Positions 36,409-46,696 of a DNA stretch of 64,000 nucleotides are shown here, piece by piece (positions within the stretch are counted from its first letter, which is position 1; each line of letters starts with the position of its first letter). Position numbers and translations under genes: made by a program. The notes beneath the pieces are model-generated. The model searched no databases. It saw only the letters and a program-made list of their open reading frames with translations, and was not told the origin of the DNA. The DNA lies in contig CAWDVE010000017.1 of the NCBI GenBank assembly GCA_963805625.1, positions 800,001-864,000 of the forward strand, read 5' to 3'. The stretch comes from an uncultured Candidatus Rokubacteria bacterium. Lineage in GTDB: Bacteria; Methylomirabilota; Methylomirabilia; Rokubacteriales; DASRDR01.

Positions 36409-37155
36409 GTGGAGAACCTGATCAACACGCCCGAGCAGCTGCGACAGCGGATGGCCTGCAACGGGCCGGCGGACGCCGACTTCGACCAGTTCGTCCTGGG
36501 ACTCCTCGCGCCGTCGGGGAGCGACGTGGTCCTGGACATCGGTCCCGGCGTCGGAAAGCAGATGGTGCCGCTCGCCGGAGTGGTCAGGCGCATCGTCGGC
36601 GTCGACTGCTCCCCGGAGATGACCGCGGCGGTTCGCGCCCAGCTGCCCGGCCCGAACATCGAGATGGTCGTCGGCGGCATGGATGACCTCGCGCGCCTCG
36701 ACCTCGCTGGCCCCTTCACGCTGGTCTACGCGGTGTACTCGCTCTACTACTCGTCCGCCCCGGCCCGCGTGGTCGAGGCGGTCAGGCAGCTGCTCGACGG
36801 CCCCCAGGCTCGCTTCGTCGTCGTGGCCCCGGATATCGGGAACAACGCGAACTGGTTCGCCGATCTCGGCCACCTGTACCCGGTGCCAGCCGACGTGCTC
36901 GAGGTCACGCGGATCTGCCGGAGCGTGATCCTTCCGGCGTTCCTCGACGTCTTTCGGAGCGTCGCGTGCTCGCGCTTCTCGAGCACGGTCTCCTTCTCGA
37001 CGGTCGAATCCCTGATGCGCTACTACGATGCCTGCGCGCCCTACTGCCGGCGCGACCGCCGGGCGCAGGCGCTGGCCCACTTCCGGGCGAGGATGGAGCG
37101 CGACGGTGCTTATTCCATCTTCAAGCGGAGCCTCGGCCTGGTGGGGAGACTCTGA
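36409..37155 (+). CDS. Class I SAM-dependent methyltransferase
   Basis: VLDIGPGVGKQ, VGVDCSPEM, YAVYSLYY; stop overlaps the start of the NRPS-like gene. Confidence 0.8.
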   Translation: MENLINTPEQLRQRMACNGPADADFDQFVLGLLAPSGSDVVLDIGPGVGKQMVPLAGVVRRIVGVDCSPEMTAAVRAQLPGPNIEMVVGGMDDLARLDLAGPFTLVYAVYSLYYSSAPARVVEAVRQLLDGPQARFVVVAPDIGNNANWFADLGHLYPVPADVLEVTRICRSVILPAFLDVFRSVACSRFSSTVSFSTVESLMRYYDACAPYCRRDRRAQALAHFRARMERDGAYSIFKRSLGLVGRL

Positions 37156-39851
37156 TGGCGCGCCCGCGCCTGCTGGCGCCCGGCGGCAATCCGGTGGCGC
37201 CCGGCGCGTTCGTCGCCTTCGAGAGGGCGGCCATCGAGCAGTCGATCCCGCAACGATTCGAGGAGCAAGTGCATCGCCACCCGCAGCGCCTCGCGGTCCA
37301 GACGCGTCATCACACCTGGTCCTACGAGGCGCTCAATCGCGCTGCGAATCGCGTGGGCCGAGCCATCCTGGCCGCGCGCGGGCCGGGGCCGGAGCCCGTC
37401 GCCATCCTGGTCGGCCAGGGTGCCCCGCTCGTGGCGGCGATCCTGGGTGTCCTGAAGGCCGGGAAGTTCTATGCGCCGCTCGACCCCGCCGACCCCGGAA
37501 AGCCCCTCGCCGACATGCTGCGGGACACCCGGGCCCCCCTGGTTCTGGCCGAGTCGGGCTCTCACGCCAGGGCCAGCGCCCTGGCATTGCCGGGCATCCG
37601 GGTGCTCGACGTGGACGCGCTGGGACCCGCGGCCGAGGACGATCTCGGGCTCGCCATCACCCCCGACGCCCGGGCCTACATCTACTACACCTCGGGCTCG
37701 ACGGGACGGCCGAAGGGCGTGGTCGACGCGCACCGCAACGTCCTCCACAACGTGATGCGCTACACGAATACGCTCAGGATCGCCTCCGATGATCGCCTGA
37801 CGCTCCTTCAGGGGCCGAGCTTCAGCGGCGCCGTGTCGAGTCTCTTCGGCGCCCTTCTCAACGGCGCCGCCGTGTTCCCGTTCGACGTCGGGCACGAGGG
37901 CGTGAGCGCGATCGCCCCCTGGCTCCGGGAGCGGGCTGTCACCATCTACCACTCGGTGCCCGCGCTGTTTCGTCGAGTTGCCACGAGTCGCGAGGCGCTT
38001 CCGGCCCTGCGGCTGATCCGCCTGGAAGGCGATCGGGCATCCGCACGGGACCTCGAGCTCTACCAGCGACGGTTCGCCTCCCACGCGCGCCTGGTGAACG
38101 GTCTCGGCGCCACCGAGTGCGGTCTGGTCCGTCAGTTCTTCGTCGATGCCGAGACAGTACCCCAGGGCGTGGTACCCGTCGGCCATGCCATCGAGGACAT
38201 GGAGGTGCGGGTGGTCGGCAGCGGCGGGGAGCCGAGCAAGGCGGGTGAGATCGGCGAGATCGTCGTCGGGAGCCGATACCTGGCGCTGGGATACTGGCAT
38301 CAGGACGACGCCACGGCCGCGGCCTTCGCCGTCGATCCACGCGACCCTGGCGCGCGAATCTATCGCACCGGTGACCTTGGCCGCCTGCGGCCCGATGGAT
38401 GCCTCGAGCACCTCGGGCGGATCGACGCCGAGCTGAAGATCCGCGGGCATCGCGTGGTCGTCGCCGACGTCGAGGCCGCGCTGCTCGAGCTCGATGGGGT
38501 GGACGTGGCAGCCGTGACGCGCGTGGACCGAGCGGGCGAGCCAGGGCTCGTCGCCTACGTCGTCCGATCGGGGCGCCCGGCCCCCACCGTCTCCGCCATT
38601 CGCCGCCGGCTCGCCGAGCACTTGCCCGCCTACGCGATCCCCGAGGCCTACGTGCTGCTCGACGCCCTCCCGCTCACCGCGAACGGGAAGTTGGATCGGC
38701 GGGCCCTCCCGGTCCCGAACGGGCGCCGGCCCGACCTCGACGAGCCCGTCGTGGCGCCGCAGTCGTTGCTGGAGGTCCAGCTGGTCGACTTGTGGGAGGA
38801 GATCCTTCGCGTCGGTCCCATCGGCGTGCACGACCCCTTCTTCGATCTCGGAGGGGACTCGCTTCTCGGCGTCGAGATGCTGCACCGCGTCGAGGAACTT
38901 TTCGGCTGGGCCTTCCCCCCGTCGATCGAGCTCGCGAGCATGACGATCCGGCGCCTTGCCGACTGGATGCAATGGGACGCAAGCCCCAGACCGGCGCCCC
39001 TCGTGGCCATCCAGCCGACGGGTCATCGTGAGCCGCTCTTCTTCCTGCACGGGGACTACCTGAGCGGGGGGCTCTACTGCGTCAACCTCGCCCGCTGGCT
39101 CGGTCCGGACCAGCCGTTCGTGGCGCTCACCCCGTGCGGCCTCGATGGCGCGCCCACGCCGCCGTCCTACGAGGCCATGGCCGCGCGGCACCTCGAGGAC
39201 CTTCGGCGCGTCCGCCCTTCCGGGCCATACCGGCTGGCCGGGCTGTGCAACGGCGGATTGGTGGCCCTCGAGATGGCTCGCCTCCTGGTGGCCGAGGGCC
39301 AGGAAGTCGATCACCTGCTGCTTGTGGCCGCGTTCCCCATCGGGGCGGGGTTTTCCTGGCTGCGGCGCGTTCTCCGGGGTGCCGGCGCCCTCGCCGGGGC
39401 CGCGACCGCCCATCAGACCGCGCTGTTCGTGTCCCTGCGCGCCGCCATTCTGCGGCTTCGGACGCCCGCTCCGTCCGGAAGGCTGCGAGCGCTGCTGGAC
39501 GAGACGCGAAGGGTGAGGAACCGCATCGGGGGGATTCGCTGGTGGCCCGGCGCGCCGCGGGCTGCCGCCGTTCCGGCCGAGCACGAGCGGCTCCGCCAGC
39601 GCCTCCGCGCGGAATACCTGCGGATAGACGCCGAGTACGCGCCGCGCCCATACCCGGGACGCATCACGCTCCTGTGGCCCGCTGACGATCTGATCGAGGC
39701 CGAGACTGCCGCTTCGTGGTGGCGGAACGTGGCCGCTCGCGTCGACGTGGAGGTCGTTCCGGGCACGCACGTCACCTGTCTCACGCTCCAGGTGAAGGCG
39801 TCCGCCGAGACGATCACCCGGTGTCTTCGCGGAGCGGATGCCCTGGCGTAG
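37155..39851 (+). CDS. Stand-alone NRPS-like A-T-TE enzyme
   Basis: A3 YYTSGSTGRPKG, A7 YRTGD, A8 GRIDAELKIRG, A10 NGKLDR; T domain FFDLGGDSL; TE LFFLHG..GLCNGG..PGTH. Confidence 0.92.
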   Translation: MARPRLLAPGGNPVAPGAFVAFERAAIEQSIPQRFEEQVHRHPQRLAVQTRHHTWSYEALNRAANRVGRAILAARGPGPEPVAILVGQGAPLVAAILGVLKAGKFYAPLDPADPGKPLADMLRDTRAPLVLAESGSHARASALALPGIRVLDVDALGPAAEDDLGLAITPDARAYIYYTSGSTGRPKGVVDAHRNVLHNVMRYTNTLRIASDDRLTLLQGPSFSGAVSSLFGALLNGAAVFPFDVGHEGVSAIAPWLRERAVTIYHSVPALFRRVATSREALPALRLIRLEGDRASARDLELYQRRFASHARLVNGLGATECGLVRQFFVDAETVPQGVVPVGHAIEDMEVRVVGSGGEPSKAGEIGEIVVGSRYLALGYWHQDDATAAAFAVDPRDPGARIYRTGDLGRLRPDGCLEHLGRIDAELKIRGHRVVVADVEAALLELDGVDVAAVTRVDRAGEPGLVAYVVRSGRPAPTVSAIRRRLAEHLPAYAIPEAYVLLDALPLTANGKLDRRALPVPNGRRPDLDEPVVAPQSLLEVQLVDLWEEILRVGPIGVHDPFFDLGGDSLLGVEMLHRVEELFGWAFPPSIELASMTIRRLADWMQWDASPRPAPLVAIQPTGHREPLFFLHGDYLSGGLYCVNLARWLGPDQPFVALTPCGLDGAPTPPSYEAMAARHLEDLRRVRPSGPYRLAGLCNGGLVALEMARLLVAEGQEVDHLLLVAAFPIGAGFSWLRRVLRGAGALAGAATAHQTALFVSLRAAILRLRTPAPSGRLRALLDETRRVRNRIGGIRWWPGAPRAAAVPAEHERLRQRLRAEYLRIDAEYAPRPYPGRITLLWPADDLIEAETAASWWRNVAARVDVEVVPGTHVTCLTLQVKASAETITRCLRGADALA

Positions 39852-39888
39852 CCTGCGGAACGGGCGAGCCGCGCCGCCCGCCGCCAAC

Positions 39889-41175
39889 TCATCGACCGGA
39901 TTCTGCCTCGCGCAGGAGCTCGCGCTCGGCGAGGGCCTGGGCGCCGCGGCAGACCACGTCGAACGGCAGCCCCGAGCGCTCGGCAATGTCCAGCAGGCTG
40001 TGATGCCCGTCGGACAGGTTGAGCACCCAAAGCAGCGCGAGCTGCTCCGGTGCCTGCGGCCCGCCGCCGACCGGGGGATACAGGCCGCGCCGACCCAGCT
40101 GGGGCTCGCCCTTCGGCTGCTGGTTGACGAACACTCGGTCGCGGTCGATCAGGTCCAGGACGGCGGCGCAGACCTCGAGCGAATCCTCCAGGGCGTCCGG
40201 GCGCACGAAGTCCAGGTCGTCGGCCGAGGTGTGGTACTGGGGAAACTGCCCGTGGGGCGTGCGCATCAGGCAGCCCACGGGCAGGTCGAAGCCGGGGGAG
40301 CAGAACTGCCGCTCGTCGTATCCCCAGGGCGCAAAGTCGAGCAGCCGATGCGCGCCCCGTGTGGCGAGCACGTGGGCGGCGGCCCGGTCGATGGTGGCGT
40401 GCCCGCGGCGACTCCGCTTGTAGGTCGGGGGCCCCGGGTCTCCGAGGCAGGTCAGCACCAGCCCGTGCGCGATCCGGTCCAGGCGGGACTCGTTCAGAGC
40501 GAGCCAGGTGATCGATCCGATGGTCCCGGGGATGAACAGGAGCCGGTAGGTGTGGCGCCGCGGTTTCGCGGCCAGGCGCTGCCCCAGGAACGCGGCGATC
40601 ACCATGCCAGACAGGTTGTCGTTACAGAGGGACGGATGGCAGACGTGCGTCGAGAGCAGGATCTCGTCCTCGATCTCTCCCGGGAGCTCGCACTCCCCGT
40701 AGGTGAGGCTGCCCGAGCCGAGCGTGGCGTCGATGCAGACCTCGTACCGGTCGTCGGGGAGCGCCCGGAGCTGACGGTCGCTCAGACAGAAGCCCCAGCC
40801 GTCCGCATAGTACGAGGTGCGATAGGGGATCCAGTCCGGACGCTCGGGCAGGGAGAACAGATGGGGCCGTAGCTCGGCCAGGCTCAAGCGCGCACGCACC
40901 GGGCGGCTGTAGCCGACGACGTGCAATGTCGAGCGGCGGGCATCGACGATGCGCTCGCCCCGGGAGCTCTCGATCCAGGCGTCGCGCAGGTTCCACTCCG
41001 GGGGCACGGTCCAGTCCAGGACCCGCGTCCCGGAGGGGACCTCCCGCACCGACAGTGGAAGGAGCTCGCCCAGGCGGCGGAGCGTCTCCCGGACGCCGTC
41101 GCCGGTGATGCTCCGGCCGATGGGGTAGAGGTCAGCGATCCACCGGTGAAGCTCGGCGCCGAGCCCGGTCGTCAT
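39889..41175 (-). CDS. DUF4910 (peptidase M28-like + winged helix) protein
   Basis: LYPIGRSITGDGVRETL, DWTVPPEW, IPYRTSYY, HVCHPSLCNDNLSG, GYDERQFCSPG, YHTSADD, GEPQLGRRGLY. Confidence 0.9.
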   Translation of the reverse strand: MTTGLGAELHRWIADLYPIGRSITGDGVRETLRRLGELLPLSVREVPSGTRVLDWTVPPEWNLRDAWIESSRGERIVDARRSTLHVVGYSRPVRARLSLAELRPHLFSLPERPDWIPYRTSYYADGWGFCLSDRQLRALPDDRYEVCIDATLGSGSLTYGECELPGEIEDEILLSTHVCHPSLCNDNLSGMVIAAFLGQRLAAKPRRHTYRLLFIPGTIGSITWLALNESRLDRIAHGLVLTCLGDPGPPTYKRSRRGHATIDRAAAHVLATRGAHRLLDFAPWGYDERQFCSPGFDLPVGCLMRTPHGQFPQYHTSADDLDFVRPDALEDSLEVCAAVLDLIDRDRVFVNQQPKGEPQLGRRGLYPPVGGGPQAPEQLALLWVLNLSDGHHSLLDIAERSGLPFDVVCRGAQALAERELLREAESGR

Positions 41176-42431
41176 GGGTGGACAGTCACACGGGGGATGG
41201 GGATCACGAACCGCCCGCCCCAGGCGCGAATGTCGGCCATCTGCGCCATGATCTCCTCCCGGAGGTTCCACGGGAGGATGAGGAGATAGTCGGGGCGCGT
41301 CTCCAGAATGCGGCCGGGGGCGAAGATGGGGATGCGGCTGCCCGGGAGGTACTTGCCTTGCTTGTAGCGGTTGCGGTCCACCGTGTACTCGATGAAGTCG
41401 GTGCCGATCCCGCAGTAGTTGAGGAGGGTGTTGCCCTTGCCGGGCGCCCCGTAGCCGGCCACGCGCTTTCCCGCGCGCCTGGCGCCGATGAGGAACTCGA
41501 GCAGCGCCCGCTTCGACTCGTGGACCTGCGCACGGAACGCACCGTAGCGCTCCAGGCACTCGAGCCCGGCGGCGCGCTCGCCGTCGATGAGCGCGCCGAC
41601 CCGCGGGCTGACGGCGTGCACTCCGTCTCCGGCCCGCTGCGCGTACACGCGGAGCGATCCCCCGTGGGTGGGCAGCTGGTCGACGTCGAAGAGCGTCAGG
41701 CCGTGGGCCGTCAGGACCCGCTCGACCGTTCCCAGGGAGAAATAGGAGAAGTGCTCGTGATAGATGGTGTCGAACTGGTTCTCGTCGAGGAGGCGGAGCA
41801 GGTGCGGGAACTCCAGCGCCAGGACGCCGCGGGGCGCCAGCACGTGCGCCAGGCCGGCGACGAAGTCGTTGAGATCCGGCACCTGAGCGAGAACATTGTT
41901 GCCGACCAGCAAGTCGGCCCGGCGGCCGGCAGCCACGAGCGCCTGCGCCGCGCGGTGCCCGAACATGTCGATCACCGTGGGGACGCCGCGCGCGGCGGCG
42001 GCCGCGGCGACGTTCCGGGCTGGCTCCACGCCCAGCACGGGGACGCCCCGGGCGATGAAGTACTGGAGCAGATACCCGTCGTTGCTGCCGACCTCGATCA
42101 CCAGGCTCCCCGGCCCGAGACCGAATCGCGGCACCATCTGGTCGACATACCCGGCGGCGTGGGCGAGCCAGGAATCGGAGTAGGAGGAGAAGTAGGCGTA
42201 CTCGGTGAAGATGGCCTCGGGACGCACGTACTCGCGCACCTGGACGAGCCAGCAGCGATCGCACACGTAAGCGTGGAGGGGATAGAAAGGCTCCATCGCG
42301 TCGAGGCGGTCCGCCGGGATGTAGGTCTCGCAGAGCGGCGACACCCCCAGGTCCACCACGCTGTGCGTCAGGGGAGCCTGGCAGAATCGGCAGGAGCCCC
42401 CGGCGCCCGTGTCCGCCGCCGCGTGGATCAC
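41172..42431 (-). CDS. NDP-sugar C-methyltransferase-type protein (Zn-binding, NovU/TylC3/TcaB9-like)
   Basis: CRFC..CDRC Zn motif, [52 protein letters not shown]. Confidence 0.9.
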   Translation of the reverse strand: MIHAAADTGAGGSCRFCQAPLTHSVVDLGVSPLCETYIPADRLDAMEPFYPLHAYVCDRCWLVQVREYVRPEAIFTEYAYFSSYSDSWLAHAAGYVDQMVPRFGLGPGSLVIEVGSNDGYLLQYFIARGVPVLGVEPARNVAAAAAARGVPTVIDMFGHRAAQALVAAGRRADLLVGNNVLAQVPDLNDFVAGLAHVLAPRGVLALEFPHLLRLLDENQFDTIYHEHFSYFSLGTVERVLTAHGLTLFDVDQLPTHGGSLRVYAQRAGDGVHAVSPRVGALIDGERAAGLECLERYGAFRAQVHESKRALLEFLIGARRAGKRVAGYGAPGKGNTLLNYCGIGTDFIEYTVDRNRYKQGKYLPGSRIPIFAPGRILETRPDYLLILPWNLREEIMAQMADIRAWGGRFVIPIPRVTVHP

Positions 42432-43507
42432 GGCTCGCCGGTCGTTCGGGCGGCCCCGACCTGCCAGCGCAAGCCGGCGTCCAGGGCGCCGTCGGCCATG
42501 AGCTGGCGCACTCGGCGGACGCGCCTGAAGCGAGGATCCTCCAGGTCGGCCTCGGTGAGGCCCGCGTCCCGGAAGGCGCGGATGAGCTGCCGGACGCCCT
42601 CGCTGACCGTCCACCGGGGCACGAAGGCCGGGACCGCGCGCGCCATCTTCCCGAAGTCGACGCGATAGCTGCGGGGATCCGGCACGGCAGTGTCCGCGTA
42701 CTCCACCCGGGAGCCCGGCACGCTGGCCCTGATCATCGCGGCGAGGTCCCGGACCCGATAGTTCTCTCCCGACGCGCCGACGTTGAAGGCCTGATTGTGG
42801 ACGGCCTGCCGGGGCGCGGCCAGGACGGCGATGAAGGCGCGCGCAATGTCCTCCACGTGGACGAGCGGGCGCCAGGGCGTCCCGTCGCTCAGGACGCGCA
42901 CGCAGCCGGTGACGACGGCCCCGGCCGCGAGGTCGTTGACGACCAGGTCCAGGCGGAGACGCGGGGAGACCCCATAGGCCGTCGCGTTTCGAAGGAAGGT
43001 GGGACTGAACCGCTCGTCGGCGAGCCGGGTCACGTCGCGCTCCACGTCCACCTTGGAGATCGCGTAGGGGGTGAGCGGCCGGGGCGGGCTCGCCTCGTCC
43101 ACGGGCGCGTCGCCGGCGGCGCCGTAGTTGCTGCAGGATGACGAGAAGAGGAAGCGGGTCACGCCCGCGCCGCGCGCGAGCCGGGCGAGCCGCCCCGAGG
43201 CCGCTCGGTTGATCTCGTCGGTGACGGCGGGGTTGAGATCGCCCAGGGGATCGTTGGACAGGGCGGCGAGGTGGATGACGGCCTCGACGCCGGCGAGGTC
43301 GGCCGGGTGGAGATCGCGCACATCGGCAGCAAGCAAGGGGACCCGATCGGGGAGGGCCGCCCCGAAGTCGCACCCGCGGTAGAGATCCGAGTCCACGCCG
43401 ACCACCTCGTGGCCGAGGTCCAGCAGCATCGGGACCAGCACCGCGCCGATGTAGCCCCGGTGGCCGGTGACCAGCAGACGGCCGGGTCGACGGGCCGGAA
43501 CGCTCAC
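42428..43507 (-). CDS. NAD-dependent epimerase/dehydratase
   Basis: [48 protein letters not shown]. Confidence 0.9.
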   Translation of the reverse strand: MSVPARRPGRLLVTGHRGYIGAVLVPMLLDLGHEVVGVDSDLYRGCDFGAALPDRVPLLAADVRDLHPADLAGVEAVIHLAALSNDPLGDLNPAVTDEINRAASGRLARLARGAGVTRFLFSSSCSNYGAAGDAPVDEASPPRPLTPYAISKVDVERDVTRLADERFSPTFLRNATAYGVSPRLRLDLVVNDLAAGAVVTGCVRVLSDGTPWRPLVHVEDIARAFIAVLAAPRQAVHNQAFNVGASGENYRVRDLAAMIRASVPGSRVEYADTAVPDPRSYRVDFGKMARAVPAFVPRWTVSEGVRQLIRAFRDAGLTEADLEDPRFRRVRRVRQLMADGALDAGLRWQVGAARTTGEP

Positions 43508-43511
43508 CGGG

Positions 43512-44618
43512 TCAGCCTGCCATCGAGTAGAGCATGCGCATGTCCCAGGCCCCTGCGTCCAGGAGCGGCTGGGCGCCCAGCATCGGACGCCCGCCGTCCG
43601 TCGGGGTCCCGACCGCCCGCACCAGCACCGCCGGGCCCTGGCGAACCAGACGGTCTCGGACCGCGGGGGCGAAGCCCGTCGCTCTCAGGAGGGCTCTGGT
43701 CTCGTCGGGCAGGCTCATCGTCCATGTGCTCAGTTGGCCGAACCCGCCCCATTCGATGGCGGCGTCGAGGAGCGCGCGCCGGACGGTGTGGTTTCTCGCC
43801 TCCCAGTCGACGATGTTGACGCCCCGGTGAGGGAACAATCGGTGGACCTGCAGCACCAGGTAGCCATCCAGCCGGTCCTCCCCGGCCAGGAGAAACCGGT
43901 ACTCGTGCAGCGGATTTTGGAACCTCCAGGCCAGATACCGAGCGTTGCGCACGTGGCGAATCCGGCCGTCGTAGGCCTGCTGCGCGACGAGGTCCGCCAT
44001 GGCCTGGGGACGGGGCTCGCTCGCGCACCATACGGCACCGCCGGCCGATGTGGCGGGGGCGACGCGATCGAGGCGCTGGAACGGCCGCCACGAGGGGCGC
44101 GCGCAGGTGACGTCCCAGCCGCGTGTCAGGAGCCGGGACGAGAGGTGGCTTCCGAGGCGACGGGGCCAGGACGGCGGGGCCCCGCCGCGGCAGACCTCCT
44201 GCACCGAGCCCACGGACTTCCACCCGCTGGCGAGGGACCCCGCGAGGGTCGCCGGCCCTCCGCTGAGGTTGAACGCCACCTGATGGCCCCGAGCGGCGAG
44301 GTCCGCGAGCGTCGCGCTCATGATCCGGCCGAAGAGCCCGTGCTGGCGGTGGGCAGGCGCGATGACGAAGTCGTCCGCGCAGGGGACGACGAAGCGATCC
44401 TGGCCCGCCTCCCAGCATGAGCCGAATGCGCCCCGCATGCCGACGACCTTCCCTTGATATAGGGCAAGGTACATGAGCGGCGCCGGGAGATAGGGGTTCT
44501 GCTCGTACTTCCACGCGAGATAGGCGGTGTTCCGGACCACGTCGCCGCGCCAGAGATGGCGTTGCAGCGCGGCGACCTGGGGCCTGAGCTCCGGCGCGTA
44601 GGGCACGACCTCATACAT
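43512..44618 (-). CDS. GNAT-family acyltransferase
   Basis: [10 protein letters not shown], motif [10 protein letters not shown], second half [13 protein letters not shown] (tandem GNAT-like). Confidence 0.75.
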   Translation of the reverse strand: MYEVVPYAPELRPQVAALQRHLWRGDVVRNTAYLAWKYEQNPYLPAPLMYLALYQGKVVGMRGAFGSCWEAGQDRFVVPCADDFVIAPAHRQHGLFGRIMSATLADLAARGHQVAFNLSGGPATLAGSLASGWKSVGSVQEVCRGGAPPSWPRRLGSHLSSRLLTRGWDVTCARPSWRPFQRLDRVAPATSAGGAVWCASEPRPQAMADLVAQQAYDGRIRHVRNARYLAWRFQNPLHEYRFLLAGEDRLDGYLVLQVHRLFPHRGVNIVDWEARNHTVRRALLDAAIEWGGFGQLSTWTMSLPDETRALLRATGFAPAVRDRLVRQGPAVLVRAVGTPTDGGRPMLGAQPLLDAGAWDMRMLYSMAG

Positions 44619-44922
44619 AGTCGGGGACGCCCCCCGCCGCCGGCGGCTCGCCTGGACCGGACGCGTGCCGCTCGACGAAGTCGACGATGGCATTCATGGA
44701 GTCCCACTCGGTGACCAGGTCGAAAGCCCCCAGATCCATCTCCCTGCCGATCCGGTCTTCGACCCACAGGGCGACGCTGACCAGCGTCGTGGACTCCACC
44801 ACGCCGGACGTGATCAACGGGGCGTTCTCGCCGAGCCTGCCGCTCAGCTCCGGAGTGCCCTTGGTGATGAGCGTCCGGAGCTCCCGCAGGAGCGCGGTCC
44901 GGTCCCGCCGGTCAGGCTTCAG
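44611..44922 (-). CDS. Acyl carrier protein (atypical ES motif, probable CTG start)
   Basis: PLITSGVVES (compare LxxSGxxDS), C-terminal DSMNAIVDFV; lies between ligase and GNAT with overlaps; GGAGG-N5-CTG. Confidence 0.72.
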   Translation of the reverse strand: MKPDRRDRTALLRELRTLITKGTPELSGRLGENAPLITSGVVESTTLVSVALWVEDRIGREMDLGAFDLVTEWDSMNAIVDFVERHASGPGEPPAAGGVPDYV

Positions 44923-46465
44923 CGGGACCTCCGCCCTGGTCGGCCACCAGGTCGCGCGGGTCCACGGCGCGGAGGGCCGCGCATCGCGCCGCCACCTCGG
45001 ATCGGCGCGGCTTGCCGAGGGAGGTCCGCGGAATCTCGTCGACGACGAACCAGCGCCGGGGCAGCTGATACGCGGCCAGGCGCGTGCGCGCCCACGCATG
45101 GAGCCGGCGCAGCGTGGCGACGTCGGTGGAGCGCAGCACGAGAGCCACCGCCACCTCCTCTTCGCCCGATCCGTCGTCCTGGCCGAAGGCGCAGGTGTCG
45201 AGGGCCTGATCGAACCGCTCGAGGACCGTCTCGATGTCTCCCGGGTAGACCTTCATCCCGCCCCGATTGATCTCGTCCCGCTCGCGCCCGCGGAGGTGCA
45301 GGCGGCCCGTCGCGTCCAGGCACCCGATGTCGCCGGTCTTGAGCCAGCCTCCCCGGACAGCCTCGGCGGTCAGATCGTCCCGCCCGAGATAGCCGCGCAT
45401 GAGGGCGCGCGTACGGACCCAGACGGGCCCCACGCTGCCGGGCAGCACCGCGGGGCCGGGCGGCGGCTGGCCCTCCGCGGCGGCTGCCGCAGCGGTCACC
45501 CTGAGGGTCGCGCCCCACGGGTGGCCGATCAGCCCGTCCTCGGGCTCCGTGTCGGCCGCGGACCCCGCCAGCCAGCTGGCCGTCTCGGTGAGGCCGTAGA
45601 CGTTCGAGACGGTGGCGGTCCGCGTCCACTCGGCGATGTCGCGCCAAACCCTGGCCGACAGCGGCGCCGATCCGCAGCAGACGCGCCGCAGGGTCCCGGT
45701 GCGGGGCCCGCGGGCGGCGCGCAGGGCGAGCCGCCAGAGCGCCGGCACGGACGACAGGAAGGTGATCGCGTGCTCGTCCACCAGGGCGCCGAGCTGCAAG
45801 ATCACATCGGACCGGAACGGCGGGAGCATTGCCAGATGCTGCCCCGACAGCCAGGGATAGAGGGCGTTGCAGATGAGCCCATGCCCGAAGTGCGTGGGCA
45901 GGAGGCACAGGGTACGCTCGAGATCGCCCAGGGCCAGGTGCGCCCGGAGGGCCGCCCACCGCGCCTCGAGCGACCGGTGCGTGTGGACCACGGCCTTGGG
46001 AGCGCCCGTGGTGCCGGACGTGAAGAGCACGAGCGCGTCACGATCCGGCTCGGACGCATCGAGGGAGTAGCCCGCCGCGTCCCGGCCGCTCGCGAGGTCG
46101 TCGGCACGCGGCGACTCCAGCACCGCGACGCCGGAGCCGGCCAGCGCCGATGCGACCTCGGCCGCCGGTGACGACGGCCAGAGCGTGAGCCGAGGACGGG
46201 TCGCGCGCGCCAGCGTCTCGATCTCGAAGGCCGTGAGTCGCGGGTCGACGGGCGCGGCACAAGCCCCGAGCGCCCAGAGGGCCAGGAGATCCGCGAAGAA
46301 CTCCAGCGTGTTGCCGTGATGCAGGAAGACCAGATCGCCCCGCTCGACGCCCGCGCCCGCGTAGTGAGCGGCGCGGCGCTGCCACTGGCGACGGATGGTC
46401 GCCCGGTCCCACGCGCGGCCGGAGAGCGGCTCGCTGAGCTCGCCCGGGCCGGCGGCGTTCGTCAC
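44912..46465 (-). CDS. AMP-dependent acyl-CoA/acyl-ACP ligase
   Basis: LFTSGTTGAPK, HFGHGL, CGSAPL, VYGLTET, WLKTGD, NRGGMKVYP, PRTSLGK. Confidence 0.9.
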   Translation of the reverse strand: MTNAAGPGELSEPLSGRAWDRATIRRQWQRRAAHYAGAGVERGDLVFLHHGNTLEFFADLLALWALGACAAPVDPRLTAFEIETLARATRPRLTLWPSSPAAEVASALAGSGVAVLESPRADDLASGRDAAGYSLDASEPDRDALVLFTSGTTGAPKAVVHTHRSLEARWAALRAHLALGDLERTLCLLPTHFGHGLICNALYPWLSGQHLAMLPPFRSDVILQLGALVDEHAITFLSSVPALWRLALRAARGPRTGTLRRVCCGSAPLSARVWRDIAEWTRTATVSNVYGLTETASWLAGSAADTEPEDGLIGHPWGATLRVTAAAAAAEGQPPPGPAVLPGSVGPVWVRTRALMRGYLGRDDLTAEAVRGGWLKTGDIGCLDATGRLHLRGRERDEINRGGMKVYPGDIETVLERFDQALDTCAFGQDDGSGEEEVAVALVLRSTDVATLRRLHAWARTRLAAYQLPRRWFVVDEIPRTSLGKPRRSEVAARCAALRAVDPRDLVADQGGGPAEA

Positions 46466-46696
46466 GGCGTCGAGCGCCCGAGGTCTCGGGGATCCCGTCG
46501 CGCGAAGTCGCGGGTGAGTGGCAAGCGCCGCCGTCGCCGGAATCGGTGGATGGCTTCTCCCTGGCCGTGGTGCGCGGGCATCCGCCCTGCGGTTTGGCCG
46601 CCGGCTTCAGTGTATGCTCGTGGGACGCCGCGGGGCCAGCGCCCGGCCACGTTCGCGCACCGTGAGGGGCGTCTGGGGCCGCGGCCGCGAATGGGG

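Noticed and set aside
37110-39986. 958-aa ORF antisense to the NRPS-like gene, and similar shadows at 25101-26945, 49182-51623 and 54394-56214
   Set aside because: Each is fully antisense to a motif-supported gene and has no domain signal
39889-43373. ORF-track 791-aa and 733-aa apparent fusions (also 14673-16550, 49451-52534, 52572-54455, 57319-59760)
   Set aside because: The N-terminal parts are off-frame reads of upstream genes or spacers; true starts are internal and overlap the previous stop or follow an RBS
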